Source of the DNA: a virus
Length of the DNA: 14,077 nucleotides
Virus record (IMG/VR): IMGVR_UViG_3300037264_007252
Direction: 5' to 3' (one strand)
Part shown: one piece after another, positions 1-7,621 of the stretch
Layout of the letters: every line of letters begins with the position of its first letter
How positions within the stretch are numbered: the stretch's first letter is position 1
Position numbers and translations under genes: made by a program
Notes under the pieces: model-generated
Databases searched by the model: none
What the model saw: the letters and a program-made list of their open reading frames with translations, nothing else
What the model was told of the DNA's origin: nothing

Positions 1-1
1 G

Positions 2-268
2 GGCGGCTGGCTACGAAGTGACAAAGGTGAGGGCGCGCGGCTGCACCTGCGCGACCGAAAGGACAAGCCATTCGATCCGAAGAAGCCCGTTTGGCTGGTC
101 TGCAAACACGCCCAGGGCCTCGACGATCGCCAACACGCTCACAGCTCGGCGTATCCCGGCAGCCCGCCCGGTAAGGGCACGATGCGCGCGACGTTCATGT
201 GCATCTGCAACAGCTCGTCCTCCTACGACGACGAAGTCAAGCAGATCCCCGTCGGAGGGAAGCCGTGA
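2..268 (+). CDS. 5'-truncated CDS (enters from upstream), hypothetical protein; C-terminal part reads '...KPVWLVCKHAQGLDDRQHAHSSAYPGSPPGKGTMRATFMCICNSSSSYDDEVKQIPVGGKP*'
   Basis: Frame 2 is open from the window edge to the TGA at 266-268. Third-position GC is mostly high and the translation looks protein-like. The overlapping listed ORF 18..353 (frame 3) is Arg/Ala-rich low complexity, typical of an off-frame read. This CDS is not in the ORF track because it has no start inside the window. Confidence 0.35.
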   Translation, partial: GGWLRSDKGEGARLHLRDRKDKPFDPKKPVWLVCKHAQGLDDRQHAHSSAYPGSPPGKGTMRATFMCICNSSSSYDDEVKQIPVGGKP

Positions 269-353
269 TTCGACTGGGCGAATGGGTCGTTGCACCGCGC
301 TCGGTTTCGACGCCCGAGGAACGTCTTCAGACCTACGAAGGTGGAGACGACTG

Positions 354-686
354 ATGCGTTGCTTCAAGTGCGCTCAGGAGATCACCGAGCTGCCCGAGGG
401 CAATCCCGCGCGGGAGAGCGCGGACTGGCACTACACGCCCGCGTTCGTCGTCGAAGTGATCGGCGGCGGCCCGGCCGGAGGCGGTCCTTGTCGCTGCGCC
501 GTGGTCTGCTGGCCGTGTATGCACGAGATCCAGCCCGACATGTGGATGTCCGGCGAGGGCTGGGACTCGATGGCGCCCGCTGTGCTCTTCGAGAAACTGC
601 CCGCCTTGGACCACGATGTTGAAACCTGCTGGGACGTCGAGACGTACAGTGACGTCGCGGTCCCGGCGCTCGAAGGAACACGATGA
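354..686 (+). CDS. Small Cys-rich zinc-ribbon-like hypothetical protein (CFKC ... CRCAVVCWPC)
   Basis: ATG at 354 with a GGTGGAG Shine-Dalgarno 8 nt upstream. Protein-like composition from this Met onward, in contrast to the upstream half of listed ORF 18..686. Paired CxxC motifs. Confidence 0.55.
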   Translation: MRCFKCAQEITELPEGNPARESADWHYTPAFVVEVIGGGPAGGGPCRCAVVCWPCMHEIQPDMWMSGEGWDSMAPAVLFEKLPALDHDVETCWDVETYSDVAVPALEGTR

Positions 687-751
687 TGATTTCCAAGGGC
701 AGCGCGTCAACGCGGGAGTCTGAGTCATGAGAGAACAACCCTGGAGACGTC

Positions 752-946
752 GTGAAGCTCGGCGAGAACATCCGGTTCGAGGTCGTCAAGGTACGAGCGC
801 GGCTAAGCTGTTCGACGTGCCAGGTCACTGAAGTGATCCCACCCTCGATCAGTGGTCGGGCGCTTATCGCCCAAACCAAGAAGTTTGCGCGTGCACACCA
901 GCACTGGCGATCGCGCTGGTCGAAGGGAGCTGATCATGCGACGTAA
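752..946 (+). CDS. Small hypothetical protein (GTG start), contains CSTC
   Basis: GTG start preceded by GGAGAC. Its end overlaps the next gene by 11 nt. Short, and composition is only moderately convincing. Confidence 0.35.
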   Translation: MKLGENIRFEVVKVRARLSCSTCQVTEVIPPSISGRALIAQTKKFARAHQHWRSRWSKGADHAT

Positions 947-1313
947 GCGTCCGCTCCCCGCGCGTCCACGTTTCACGGTTCGCATCGTCCTCGGCGGTAT
1001 CGAAGGCGTGGGCCCGAAGCGGCACTACGCTGCGCTCGCCGAGTTCTACGTCGACAACGGCCAGACGTACGACCAGGAACTTTCCGTCCCGGCCGCGTTC
1101 GTGGCCTACCGTGTCACCATGCAGTGCGTAGAAAACCGGCCCGGCCCGCCCAACGCCGAGCGTGCGTTCGCCAAGATGGTCATCGACGCGATCCCGCACG
1201 ACGTCTGGGACGCAGGCATCGCAGCGATCGCCGCCCGTGACCCGCACGGCCAACGTACCGCGCAGGAGATCATCGAGCGCTGGCGCCAGGGAGAATACGA
1301 TGCAGCTCGTTAG
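936..1313 (+). CDS. Hypothetical protein
   Basis: ATG at 936 with a GAAGGGAG Shine-Dalgarno. High third-position GC. Its stop overlaps the next gene's start. Confidence 0.5.
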   Translation: MRRKRPLPARPRFTVRIVLGGIEGVGPKRHYAALAEFYVDNGQTYDQELSVPAAFVAYRVTMQCVENRPGPPNAERAFAKMVIDAIPHDVWDAGIAAIAARDPHGQRTAQEIIERWRQGEYDAAR

Positions 1314-2028
1314 CGCTACGCAGCCGGACTGGACAGAACGCCGACAGGCAATCGCGAACTGGATCCAGTTCGTCGGCGACTTCGGTCAGATCGATGTAGA
1401 CGCGCTCCTGCCCTGCATCGAGGACAACGCGTTCGTCGAAGCCGTCGAGGCTGTTCTCAAGGCTGCGGGACGACCCTGGGCCTCGTTCGAGCACGTCCGC
1501 GACTTCTGCGTGCAGCGCCTCTACGGCGAGAAGTCGATAGCCCATACAGGGCCACCCCGGCCTCGGCACCGGGTCACGCCGTTCTCGGTGCCGATGGAGT
1601 TGCTTCGTAGCGTATTCACGTTCAAGGACCACAGAGGGCGCGACCAAAGTGAGTTCGTCCCTGGACGGCTCCGCATCCGCGAGGAGAGCTTCGTCCTTGA
1701 TGTCCCGATGAACGGTGAAGCCGATCATCGCTTCCTGGTAACGCAGGACCAGATGCTTCTCCTCACGACCGTATGGGCACGCGTCGTCCCGCCGATCGAA
1801 CCGCTCCGGCACCGTGTCGAGATCATCGATGAAGGCGCCAACCGTCGTCAGGACATGCTGCTGTGGGCGCTCGTGACCGAGCCGCAGCCGTTGTTCCTGC
1901 CGCTCTCACCCAACACCTCTGTGAACGTCAGGGTTCGACCGGGCTGGGCACCGCAATCGAACGAGAACACGCCGCCCATACACGTGCTCATGTCCTTTGA
2001 AGGCTGGTCGTATCTAGGAGGCTGGTGA
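1300..2028 (+). CDS. Hypothetical protein (243 aa)
   Basis: Internal ATG at 1300 of ORF 1162..2028, with a GGGAGAA Shine-Dalgarno. The stretch upstream of 1300 in this frame is Arg/Ser-rich junk that overlaps the previous gene. The stop overlaps the GTG/ATG of the next gene. Confidence 0.55.
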   Translation: MQLVSATQPDWTERRQAIANWIQFVGDFGQIDVDALLPCIEDNAFVEAVEAVLKAAGRPWASFEHVRDFCVQRLYGEKSIAHTGPPRPRHRVTPFSVPMELLRSVFTFKDHRGRDQSEFVPGRLRIREESFVLDVPMNGEADHRFLVTQDQMLLLTTVWARVVPPIEPLRHRVEIIDEGANRRQDMLLWALVTEPQPLFLPLSPNTSVNVRVRPGWAPQSNENTPPIHVLMSFEGWSYLGGW

Positions 2029-2660
2029 TGACGCTGCAACATGAACTGGAACAAGCACAAGCCGAGGTCGCACGCTACCGCGAGCGCGAAGCGTACTTCG
2101 CCAAGGCGCTGGGTGTCACCGACGGCGGCCAGTACCGGGCCGACTGGCCGAGTTCGATCGAACGGGTTCTGCGGGACTGCAAAGCCAAGGACGAGGCGCT
2201 GACGAAGGCCGCCGATACGTTTCGGGACTTCCATGCAGCTATGACGCTGCTCGGGCACGATCTATCGGCCAGCGCGGCAGCGATTGCTGAGGAAGCCACA
2301 CGCAAAGCGATCGGCCCCGACCGCCCGGCCCCGTGTCCGATCCCAATGATCCTTCACTGCCCCGAGTGCAAGACGCAGCACGTGGACGAGGGGATCTGGG
2401 CGACGACACGCTTGCACAAGTCGCATCTGTGCGCGGCCTGTAACCACACGTGGCGGGTCGCTGACGTTCCCACCGTCGGTGTAGCAACGTTGCCGAGCGT
2501 TGCCCGTGATCGCTGCTGCGATCGTTGCGAGGAACCCAACATCATGGACGCCCCCGACGGGCCCGTCTGTCACTGCGGAAAGCCGTCGGCGTTCGAGTCC
2601 GGCGTGTGCACCGACTGTGGGAACTGGGACCTGGCACGCTGGCAACGCGAAGGCGCATGA
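2025..2660 (+). CDS. Hypothetical protein with an N-terminal coiled-coil and a C-terminal multi-CxxC (double zinc-ribbon-like) region
   Basis: AGGAGG Shine-Dalgarno at about 2015. Start is GTG 2025 or ATG 2028. The N-terminus 'LQHELEQAQAEVARYREREAYFAKAL' is heptad-like. The C-terminus carries CPEC...CAAC and CCDRC...CHCG...CTDCG clusters. Confidence 0.55.
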   Translation: MMTLQHELEQAQAEVARYREREAYFAKALGVTDGGQYRADWPSSIERVLRDCKAKDEALTKAADTFRDFHAAMTLLGHDLSASAAAIAEEATRKAIGPDRPAPCPIPMILHCPECKTQHVDEGIWATTRLHKSHLCAACNHTWRVADVPTVGVATLPSVARDRCCDRCEEPNIMDAPDGPVCHCGKPSAFESGVCTDCGNWDLARWQREGA

Positions 2661-3214
2661 TGACGCCCATGAACTCGATCGACGACGTCAAGGCACTCCT
2701 CGAACGTCTGCCAGAAGACCAGCGTAAGGCGTGCCTGAACTTCCTCAGCAAGAACGGCGAGCGCATGCTTCGCGCGCCTGGCTCGACGCATAACCACCAG
2801 GCGTGGAAGGGTGGCTACCTCGACCACGTCGCCGAGGTGATGAAGCTAGCCATCGCCTTCTACGACGCGTTTGTGGTGCTGGGACGTCCACTGCCCTTCA
2901 CACCGGCGGACGCGTTGGTCGTCCTGTTCCTGCACGATGCTGAGAAGCCGTGGCGCATCATCGAACACGAGGGTGGTTACGCGCACGGGTTCCCGAAGGA
3001 TCAGGCCGACGTGTTCCGTGAGCGGCTACTGCAAGAATACGGCATCTGGGGCACGCTGACGGCGGCCCAGAGGGACGCGCTTCTCTACGTCGAAGGTGAG
3101 AAGGACCGCTACACCCCGGACCAGCGCAACATGAGCGAGCTGGCAGCGTTCTGTCACCTGTGTGACGTCACGTCGGCGCGCATCTTCCATGACTATCCGA
3201 GGCGAAACAGATGA
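2657..3214 (+). CDS. HD-domain metal-dependent phosphohydrolase-like protein
   Basis: ATG 2657 forms an ATGA overlap with the upstream stop. The motifs 'STHNHQAWKGGYLDHV' and 'LVVLFLHDAEKP' match the H..H / HD pattern of the HD superfamily. Confidence 0.5.
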   Translation: MMTPMNSIDDVKALLERLPEDQRKACLNFLSKNGERMLRAPGSTHNHQAWKGGYLDHVAEVMKLAIAFYDAFVVLGRPLPFTPADALVVLFLHDAEKPWRIIEHEGGYAHGFPKDQADVFRERLLQEYGIWGTLTAAQRDALLYVEGEKDRYTPDQRNMSELAAFCHLCDVTSARIFHDYPRRNR

Positions 3215-3235
3215 TCAACCGCCGAAACTAGAACC

Positions 3236-3505
3236 TTGTCCATCCCCGTCGCGCTCGTCTGTCTCGCGGTCGCACTTGTCGGTGCCGTTGTGCTTGTACG
3301 CAACGCACGCAGGCAACGTGACAAGGTGTTCCGCGCGCAGGATGTGAATACCGAGGACGTGCAGCGCCAAGACGAGATGATCTGCGCCGAGTGCACCCAG
3401 TCGATCGATGCCGCGATCGACCTCTACATTGGCGACACAAGTCGTGGCACGTGGTGGCACCGCAAATGTTATAAGCGCGCAACGTTTAGGAGCAGGAGAC
3501 CGTGA
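3236..3505 (+). CDS. Small membrane-anchored zinc-finger protein (N-terminal TM helix, CAEC...HRKC)
   Basis: TTG start with no clear Shine-Dalgarno, so the start is uncertain. Third-position GC is very high throughout. A hydrophobic helix 'IPVALVCLAVALVGAVVLV' is followed by a CxxC...HxxC motif. Confidence 0.4.
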   Translation: MSIPVALVCLAVALVGAVVLVRNARRQRDKVFRAQDVNTEDVQRQDEMICAECTQSIDAAIDLYIGDTSRGTWWHRKCYKRATFRSRRP

Positions 3506-3696
3506 GCGAGAACAAGAACGGGAACGAGCGCAGGGAAGCCGTTCAGGTCTTCATGTGCGGCGGCGATCGGTGTCCGAAAGACGGACAGCCGCATCAATGG
3601 GATGGGCCAACGCAGACGACAGAACTGTCCGAGTCGTCGACGTGCTCGAAGTGCAGCCTCGCCCACATCGACTGGTGTTTGATGAACGCGCCGTAG
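3502..3696 (+). CDS. Small zinc-ribbon protein (CGGDRC ... CSKCS)
   Basis: GTG 3502 forms a GTGA overlap with the upstream stop, with AGGAGCAGGAG upstream. Two Cys pairs. Confidence 0.45.
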   Translation: MSENKNGNERREAVQVFMCGGDRCPKDGQPHQWDGPTQTTELSESSTCSKCSLAHIDWCLMNAP

Positions 3697-3744
3697 GTGC
3701 GTCCAGAGCAACGAAACGAAAGAGCAGAGGAAAGGGGATACGAC

Positions 3745-6378
3745 ATGAGCGAACCACAGAGGATGGAGAAGCGCGATCTGGTGCTGGCACCTGGCACCTA
3801 CGCGTACATGCAGGACGTGACCAAGGGCGTGGTCAAGACGTACACCGGCCCGACGGTGATCAACCCGACGGCTCAGGAAGTCCCGGTCGTCTACGACCCG
3901 GACGAGCGAACGTTCAAGCGCGCGGACAGCCTGGAGGCGGCGCTGTGCACGGCGGTGGTGGCCGACGAGGGCTTCTACATCGTGCTCAAGAACCCGGCCA
4001 AGCAGAACAAGCATCCCGATGACGGGGCAACGAGCATGAGCGCCGACCTCGACGTCGGCCGCGCAATCATCATCCCCGGTCCGGCCGTGTTCGCCCTTTG
4101 GCCGATGCAGGCCGCCGAGGTCGTCCAGGGCCATCATCTGCGCTCGAACCAGTACCTGCTGGTTCGCGTCTACAACGAGGACGAAGCCCGGGCGAACTGG
4201 AAGAAGGCGGTCGTCAAGCCCGCTGAGGCAACCGCCGTCGGGGTCACGCCGCCCGAGAAGCCAGTCGTGACTGCACCGCCGCCTGCCGATCTCACCGTCG
4301 GCAAGCTGATCATCATCCGAGGCACGGAAGTCTCGTTCTACATCCCACCGACCGGCGTCGAGGTCGTGGCGGACAGTGCAAACACGTACGTGCGCGACGC
4401 GCTCACGCTGGAGCGTCTGGAGTACTGCATCCTCGTCGATGAGAACGGCAAGAAGCGCTACGAGCGCGGTCCGCAGGTCGTGTTCCCGATCCCGTCCGAG
4501 CGCTTCATCGAGCGCGAAGCCAAGGGGCACGCTCGGCGCAAGTTCTCGGCCATCGAGCTGAACGAGATCCAGGGCCTGCACATCAAGGTGATCGCTGACT
4601 ACAAGGACGAGCGCAGCGGCAAGGATCACAAGGCGGGCGACGAACTGTTCATCACCGGGAAGGACGAGGCGATCTACTTCCCCCGCGAGGAACACTCGCT
4701 CATCAGCTACGACGGCCGATCCAAGCACTTCGCCACGGCCGTCCCGGCGGGCGAGGCACGCTACGTGATGAACCGGGTCACCGGTGAAATCCGTACGGAG
4801 CGCGGCCCCAAGATGCTGCTCCCGGACCCAAGGATGGAGGTGATCGTCCGCCGCGTCCTGTCAGACAAGCAGGGCACGCTCTGGTACCCAGGCAACCCGG
4901 AGGTGCTCGCCTACAACCAGTGGCTGCGTGACGTTCTCTCGAAGGCCCCGACCACGCGCTCGGGTGCGGTCTCCGAAGGCGACTTCGAGCGCAACGCGAA
5001 GGTGGCAACGCAGCAGGCACAGCGAGGTGGTGGTGCCGCGCCCGTCGCAGCGGTCATGGCAATGTCGAACCAGGGCTACGCTGCGATGGAGAAGAGCCTG
5101 GTGTCGGCCGACCAGGCTGCGATGATGGGTGACGAGTTCACTCGGGGCTCGAACTACACCCAACCGCGCTCGATCACGCTCCAGACCAAGTACGAGGGCG
5201 CGCCTGCGATCCAGGCGTGGACCGGCTACGCGGTCATGATCGTGTCGAAGACCGGCAACCGCCGGGTCGAGATCGGGCCGAAGAACGTGCTCATGGAGTA
5301 CGACGAGGCACTGGAAGTCCTGGAGCTGTCAACGGGCAAGCCGAAGACGACCGACAACCTGCTCAAGACCGTCTACCTGCGCGTCCTCAACAACAAGATC
5401 GGCGACATCGTCACTGACATCGAGACGAGTGACCACATTCGACTCAACATCAAGCTCTCGCTGCGGGTCAACTTCGAGGGCGAGCCGTCGAAGTGGTTCG
5501 AGGTCGAGAACTACGTCAAGTACCTCACCGACCACGTACGTTCGGTGCTCAAAGGCACGGTCAAGAAGCAGAACATCGAGCAGTTCTACGCGGGCGCGGT
5601 CGACATCATCCGCGACACCATCCTCGGCAAGCAGGTGGAGAAGAACGAGCGGCCGGGCATGACGTTCAAGGAGAACGGCATGCGCGTCACCGACGTCGAG
5701 GTGCTGGAGGTGAAGATCACCGACCAGACCGTCGCCGGGCTGCTGGCTCAAGCGCAGCACAACGTCGTCAAGGGCAACATCGAGCTGGCCCAGGCAGCAC
5801 GGGACCTCGACGTGGCCCGTCAGCAGGAGGAGTTCACGCGGCAAAAAGCCGACTTCAAGGCCGTGACGCTGAAGCGCGTACTGGGGCTGGAAGTCGACGA
5901 GATCGTCGAGAAGCAGAAGGTCGCGGAGACGCGGATCCGGACGCAGCGGGAGGAGCAGTCCCAGCTCAAGGAGCTGGAGGTCGAGAAGCAGGCCGTGATC
6001 GATACAGCGTTCGCGGCGAAGCTGAAGCGCGAGAAGGATGAGGCCGATCAGAAGCAACAGATCAACGCCGCGCTCCAACAGCTCACGATCGAGCTGACCA
6101 AGGCCGACGCAGACGCGGTGGTTCAGCGCTTTGCAGCAGCTCAGCCGGGCTTCGCTGAAGCGCTTCGCGCGCTCCAGAACGACGACGTGTTCGTCAAGGT
6201 CGCACAGGCATGGAGCATCCAGCGCGTGATCGGCGGCGAGAACGTATCCGACGCCCTCAAGCGCGTGTTCGAGGGCACGCCGGTCGGTACCATCGTCGGC
6301 AAGCTGCTCGGCAGCAACGGCAACGGGCAACACGAAGGGGTGAAGCCGACGCCGTCGGCGCCCGCCACCCGGCCGTAG
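3745..6378 (+). CDS. mvp: Major vault protein (MVP) homolog, full length (877 aa): MVP repeat domains + SPFH-like shoulder + coiled-coil cap-helix
   Basis: ATG 3745 is preceded by a strong purine-rich Shine-Dalgarno (GAGGAAAGGGGA). The listed ORF begins at GTG 3697, immediately after the upstream stop. Segments match mammalian MVP as recalled from memory. 'DLVLAPGTYAYMQDVTKGVVKTYTGPTV' resembles the MVP N-terminus '[29 protein letters not shown]'. 'AGDELFITGKDEAIYFP' and 'ARYVMNRVTGEIRTERGPKMLLPDPRMEV' resemble 'AGDHWLIRGPLEYVP' and '[29 protein letters not shown]'. 'RRVEIGPKNVLMEYDEALEVLELSTGKPK...IVTDIETSDHIRLNIKLSLRVNFE' resembles the shoulder '[29 protein letters not shown]...[23 protein letters not shown]'. 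About 150 residues of E/Q/K/A-rich coiled coil sit where the cap-helix lies. Total length is close to human MVP (893 aa). Confidence 0.8.
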   Translation: MSEPQRMEKRDLVLAPGTYAYMQDVTKGVVKTYTGPTVINPTAQEVPVVYDPDERTFKRADSLEAALCTAVVADEGFYIVLKNPAKQNKHPDDGATSMSADLDVGRAIIIPGPAVFALWPMQAAEVVQGHHLRSNQYLLVRVYNEDEARANWKKAVVKPAEATAVGVTPPEKPVVTAPPPADLTVGKLIIIRGTEVSFYIPPTGVEVVADSANTYVRDALTLERLEYCILVDENGKKRYERGPQVVFPIPSERFIEREAKGHARRKFSAIELNEIQGLHIKVIADYKDERSGKDHKAGDELFITGKDEAIYFPREEHSLISYDGRSKHFATAVPAGEARYVMNRVTGEIRTERGPKMLLPDPRMEVIVRRVLSDKQGTLWYPGNPEVLAYNQWLRDVLSKAPTTRSGAVSEGDFERNAKVATQQAQRGGGAAPVAAVMAMSNQGYAAMEKSLVSADQAAMMGDEFTRGSNYTQPRSITLQTKYEGAPAIQAWTGYAVMIVSKTGNRRVEIGPKNVLMEYDEALEVLELSTGKPKTTDNLLKTVYLRVLNNKIGDIVTDIETSDHIRLNIKLSLRVNFEGEPSKWFEVENYVKYLTDHVRSVLKGTVKKQNIEQFYAGAVDIIRDTILGKQVEKNERPGMTFKENGMRVTDVEVLEVKITDQTVAGLLAQAQHNVVKGNIELAQAARDLDVARQQEEFTRQKADFKAVTLKRVLGLEVDEIVEKQKVAETRIRTQREEQSQLKELEVEKQAVIDTAFAAKLKREKDEADQKQQINAALQQLTIELTKADADAVVQRFAAAQPGFAEALRALQNDDVFVKVAQAWSIQRVIGGENVSDALKRVFEGTPVGTIVGKLLGSNGNGQHEGVKPTPSAPATRP

Positions 6379-6596
6379 CGCAGGTACGTGGGGTTCCAGG
6401 CCGTGAAAACGTCATCGGACGCTGGAACAGCCAAGGCAGCGAGGGACGCCTCAAAACCACGCGGGGACGCTCGCGTGTCTAAGAGGCAGGGGCACCTTGG
6501 CATTTTCGTTTTCGATCTGAACGGCTACGTTGGGATCCAATCGAAGTGGCGGCCGATAGAGGGTGATCTGCGCCAAGCCACGAACGCCAGCGAAGC

Positions 6597-6605
6597 TGGT
6601 AAACT
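6597..6605 (+). promoter_or_regulatory. Possible extended -10 element (TGG TAAACT) about 55 nt upstream of the zinc-ribbon gene
   Basis: TGnTAnnnT pattern in the 280-bp gap after the MVP gene. No convincing -35 box. Confidence 0.2.
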
Positions 6606-6659
6606 GTGATCCGGGCAGCGACTAGCCCAGCGACTGAACTGAAAAGGACGAGAGACATC

Positions 6660-6974
6660 ATGACGATTGAGAATCAGGACCAGCAGCTCGTGTGCATCGA
6701 CTGCAAGCAGGAGTTCGTCTTCACGCAGGGGGAGCAGAAGTTCTTCGCCGAGCGGAACTTCACTCCACCGAAGCGCTGCAAGCCCTGCCGCGACGCCAAG
6801 AAGGCGGACAAGGCACAGGGAAGTGGTGGCGGTGACAACGGCGGCGATCGCGTTGCCGCTGGCAACGGTGGCGGCAACGACAACGCAGCCTTCTGGACCC
6901 GAGGCGACAACCGGGGAGGTAGCCGGGACGAGAACGAGGGGCGTGGCGGCGGGAACCGCCGTAGGCGCAGGTGA
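6660..6974 (+). CDS. Zinc-ribbon protein (CIDC-x17-CKPC) with a C-terminal Gly/Asn/Arg-rich (RGG-like) low-complexity tail; putative nucleic-acid-binding
   Basis: ATG 6660 with an AAAGGA upstream. The motif 'LVCIDCKQEFVFTQGEQKFFAERNFTPPKRCKPCRDAKK' is the conserved zinc-ribbon module I recall fused to some bacterial DEAD-box helicases and cold-shock proteins. The tail 'GSGGGDNGGDR...GNGGGNDN...RGGSRDENEGRGGGNRRRRR' is RGG/Gly-rich. Confidence 0.6.
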   Translation: MTIENQDQQLVCIDCKQEFVFTQGEQKFFAERNFTPPKRCKPCRDAKKADKAQGSGGGDNGGDRVAAGNGGGNDNAAFWTRGDNRGGSRDENEGRGGGNRRRRR

Positions 6975-7129
6975 AACTGCTCCAGATCGCGCGGTATTCG
7001 ATCTCGTGCGCTGAATGCGGCTTCGTCTGGTCGACCATTGCACTGCGTCGTCGTGGTGACCGTGAGTTCGACAAGGCGAAGCGTCGGCACGTTCGTGTGC
7101 ACGCCACGAAACGGCCGAAGAAGCAGTGA
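6971..7129 (+). CDS. Tiny basic ORF (52 aa), 'VKLLQIARYSISCAECGFVWSTIALRRRGDREFDKAKRRHVRVHATKRPKKQ', not in the supplied track
   Basis: GTG 6971 forms a GTGA overlap with the stop of the zinc-ribbon gene. High third-position GC. Basic tail. It is in frame with, and 12 nt upstream of, ORF 7142. Confidence 0.3.
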   Translation: MKLLQIARYSISCAECGFVWSTIALRRRGDREFDKAKRRHVRVHATKRPKKQ

Positions 7130-7141
7130 CGGTCGCGTCCC

Positions 7142-7621
7142 ATGCAACTCTCGCAGAAGTACGTCGTCTTGATCGCGCGAGCACGGCTGGTTCAAGCTCG
7201 TCGTGATGACACGAACGGCGCCGCTCTTGCCGATGTTGTCGGCCAGCGCATCGCTTGGACTGCACTTGCGGCGAGCGCAGACGCAGGGCCAGGCGCGTTG
7301 CGTGGGCGTGCACTATGGCTCATCGGTTGGACACTCGGGCAACTCGTCGGGCAAGGTTTTGAGCCCGAGGAGATTGCCCGGCCCGAGGGCCTCGATGCGA
7401 TCGAGGCCGTTGCCGTCGTCGCAGCGATCCAGAAGCGGCGCAACATCGCACACGTGAACCAACGCCCGCGTGGGCCGACGTTTGGTGGGACCGCACCGCG
7501 TCAGCAGTTGTTCATGCCGGTGAACGCTGGTAGGCCGCTGGCCGCGACCTGGGCTGCCGTCTACAAAGCGGCGCGTACCGAGCTAGACTGCTGCTTCGAT
7601 CCAGCCGGACGCCGACAGTGA
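7142..7621 (+). CDS. Hypothetical protein
   Basis: ATG 7142. Its stop forms an ATGA overlap with the next gene. Third-position GC is moderate. The antisense alternative (6525..7313 minus) is Ala/Arg-rich junk. Confidence 0.4.
   Translation: MQLSQKYVVLIARARLVQARRDDTNGAALADVVGQRIAWTALAASADAGPGALRGRALWLIGWTLGQLVGQGFEPEEIARPEGLDAIEAVAVVAAIQKRRNIAHVNQRPRGPTFGGTAPRQQLFMPVNAGRPLAATWAAVYKAARTELDCCFDPAGRRQ

Noticed and set aside
18-353. Upstream half of listed ORF 18..686 (Arg/Ala/Thr-rich)
   Set aside because: The low-complexity, Arg-rich translation is typical of an off-frame read in GC-rich DNA. A better coding frame (frame 2, 2..268) and a proper Shine-Dalgarno plus ATG at 354 explain the region.
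3469-4728. 419-aa minus-strand ORF antisense to the MVP gene
   Set aside because: Leu/Arg/Asp-rich low-complexity translation lying entirely antisense to a strongly supported CDS. This is a common artefact of high-GC sequence.
5329-6333. 334-aa minus-strand ORF and the 182-aa plus-strand alternative-frame ORF (5493..6041) inside the MVP gene
   Set aside because: Repetitive Leu/Asp or Arg/Gly composition with no start context. Both overlap the MVP coding frame.
6388-6609. 73-aa ORF in the post-MVP spacer as a confident CDS
   Set aside because: Third-position GC is far below that of neighbouring genes and there is no good Shine-Dalgarno. Kept only as a possibility within the spacer finding.
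6525-7313. 262-aa minus-strand ORF across the zinc-ribbon gene and downstream
   Set aside because: Ala/Arg/Ser-rich junk antisense to better plus-strand genes with start-stop coupling.
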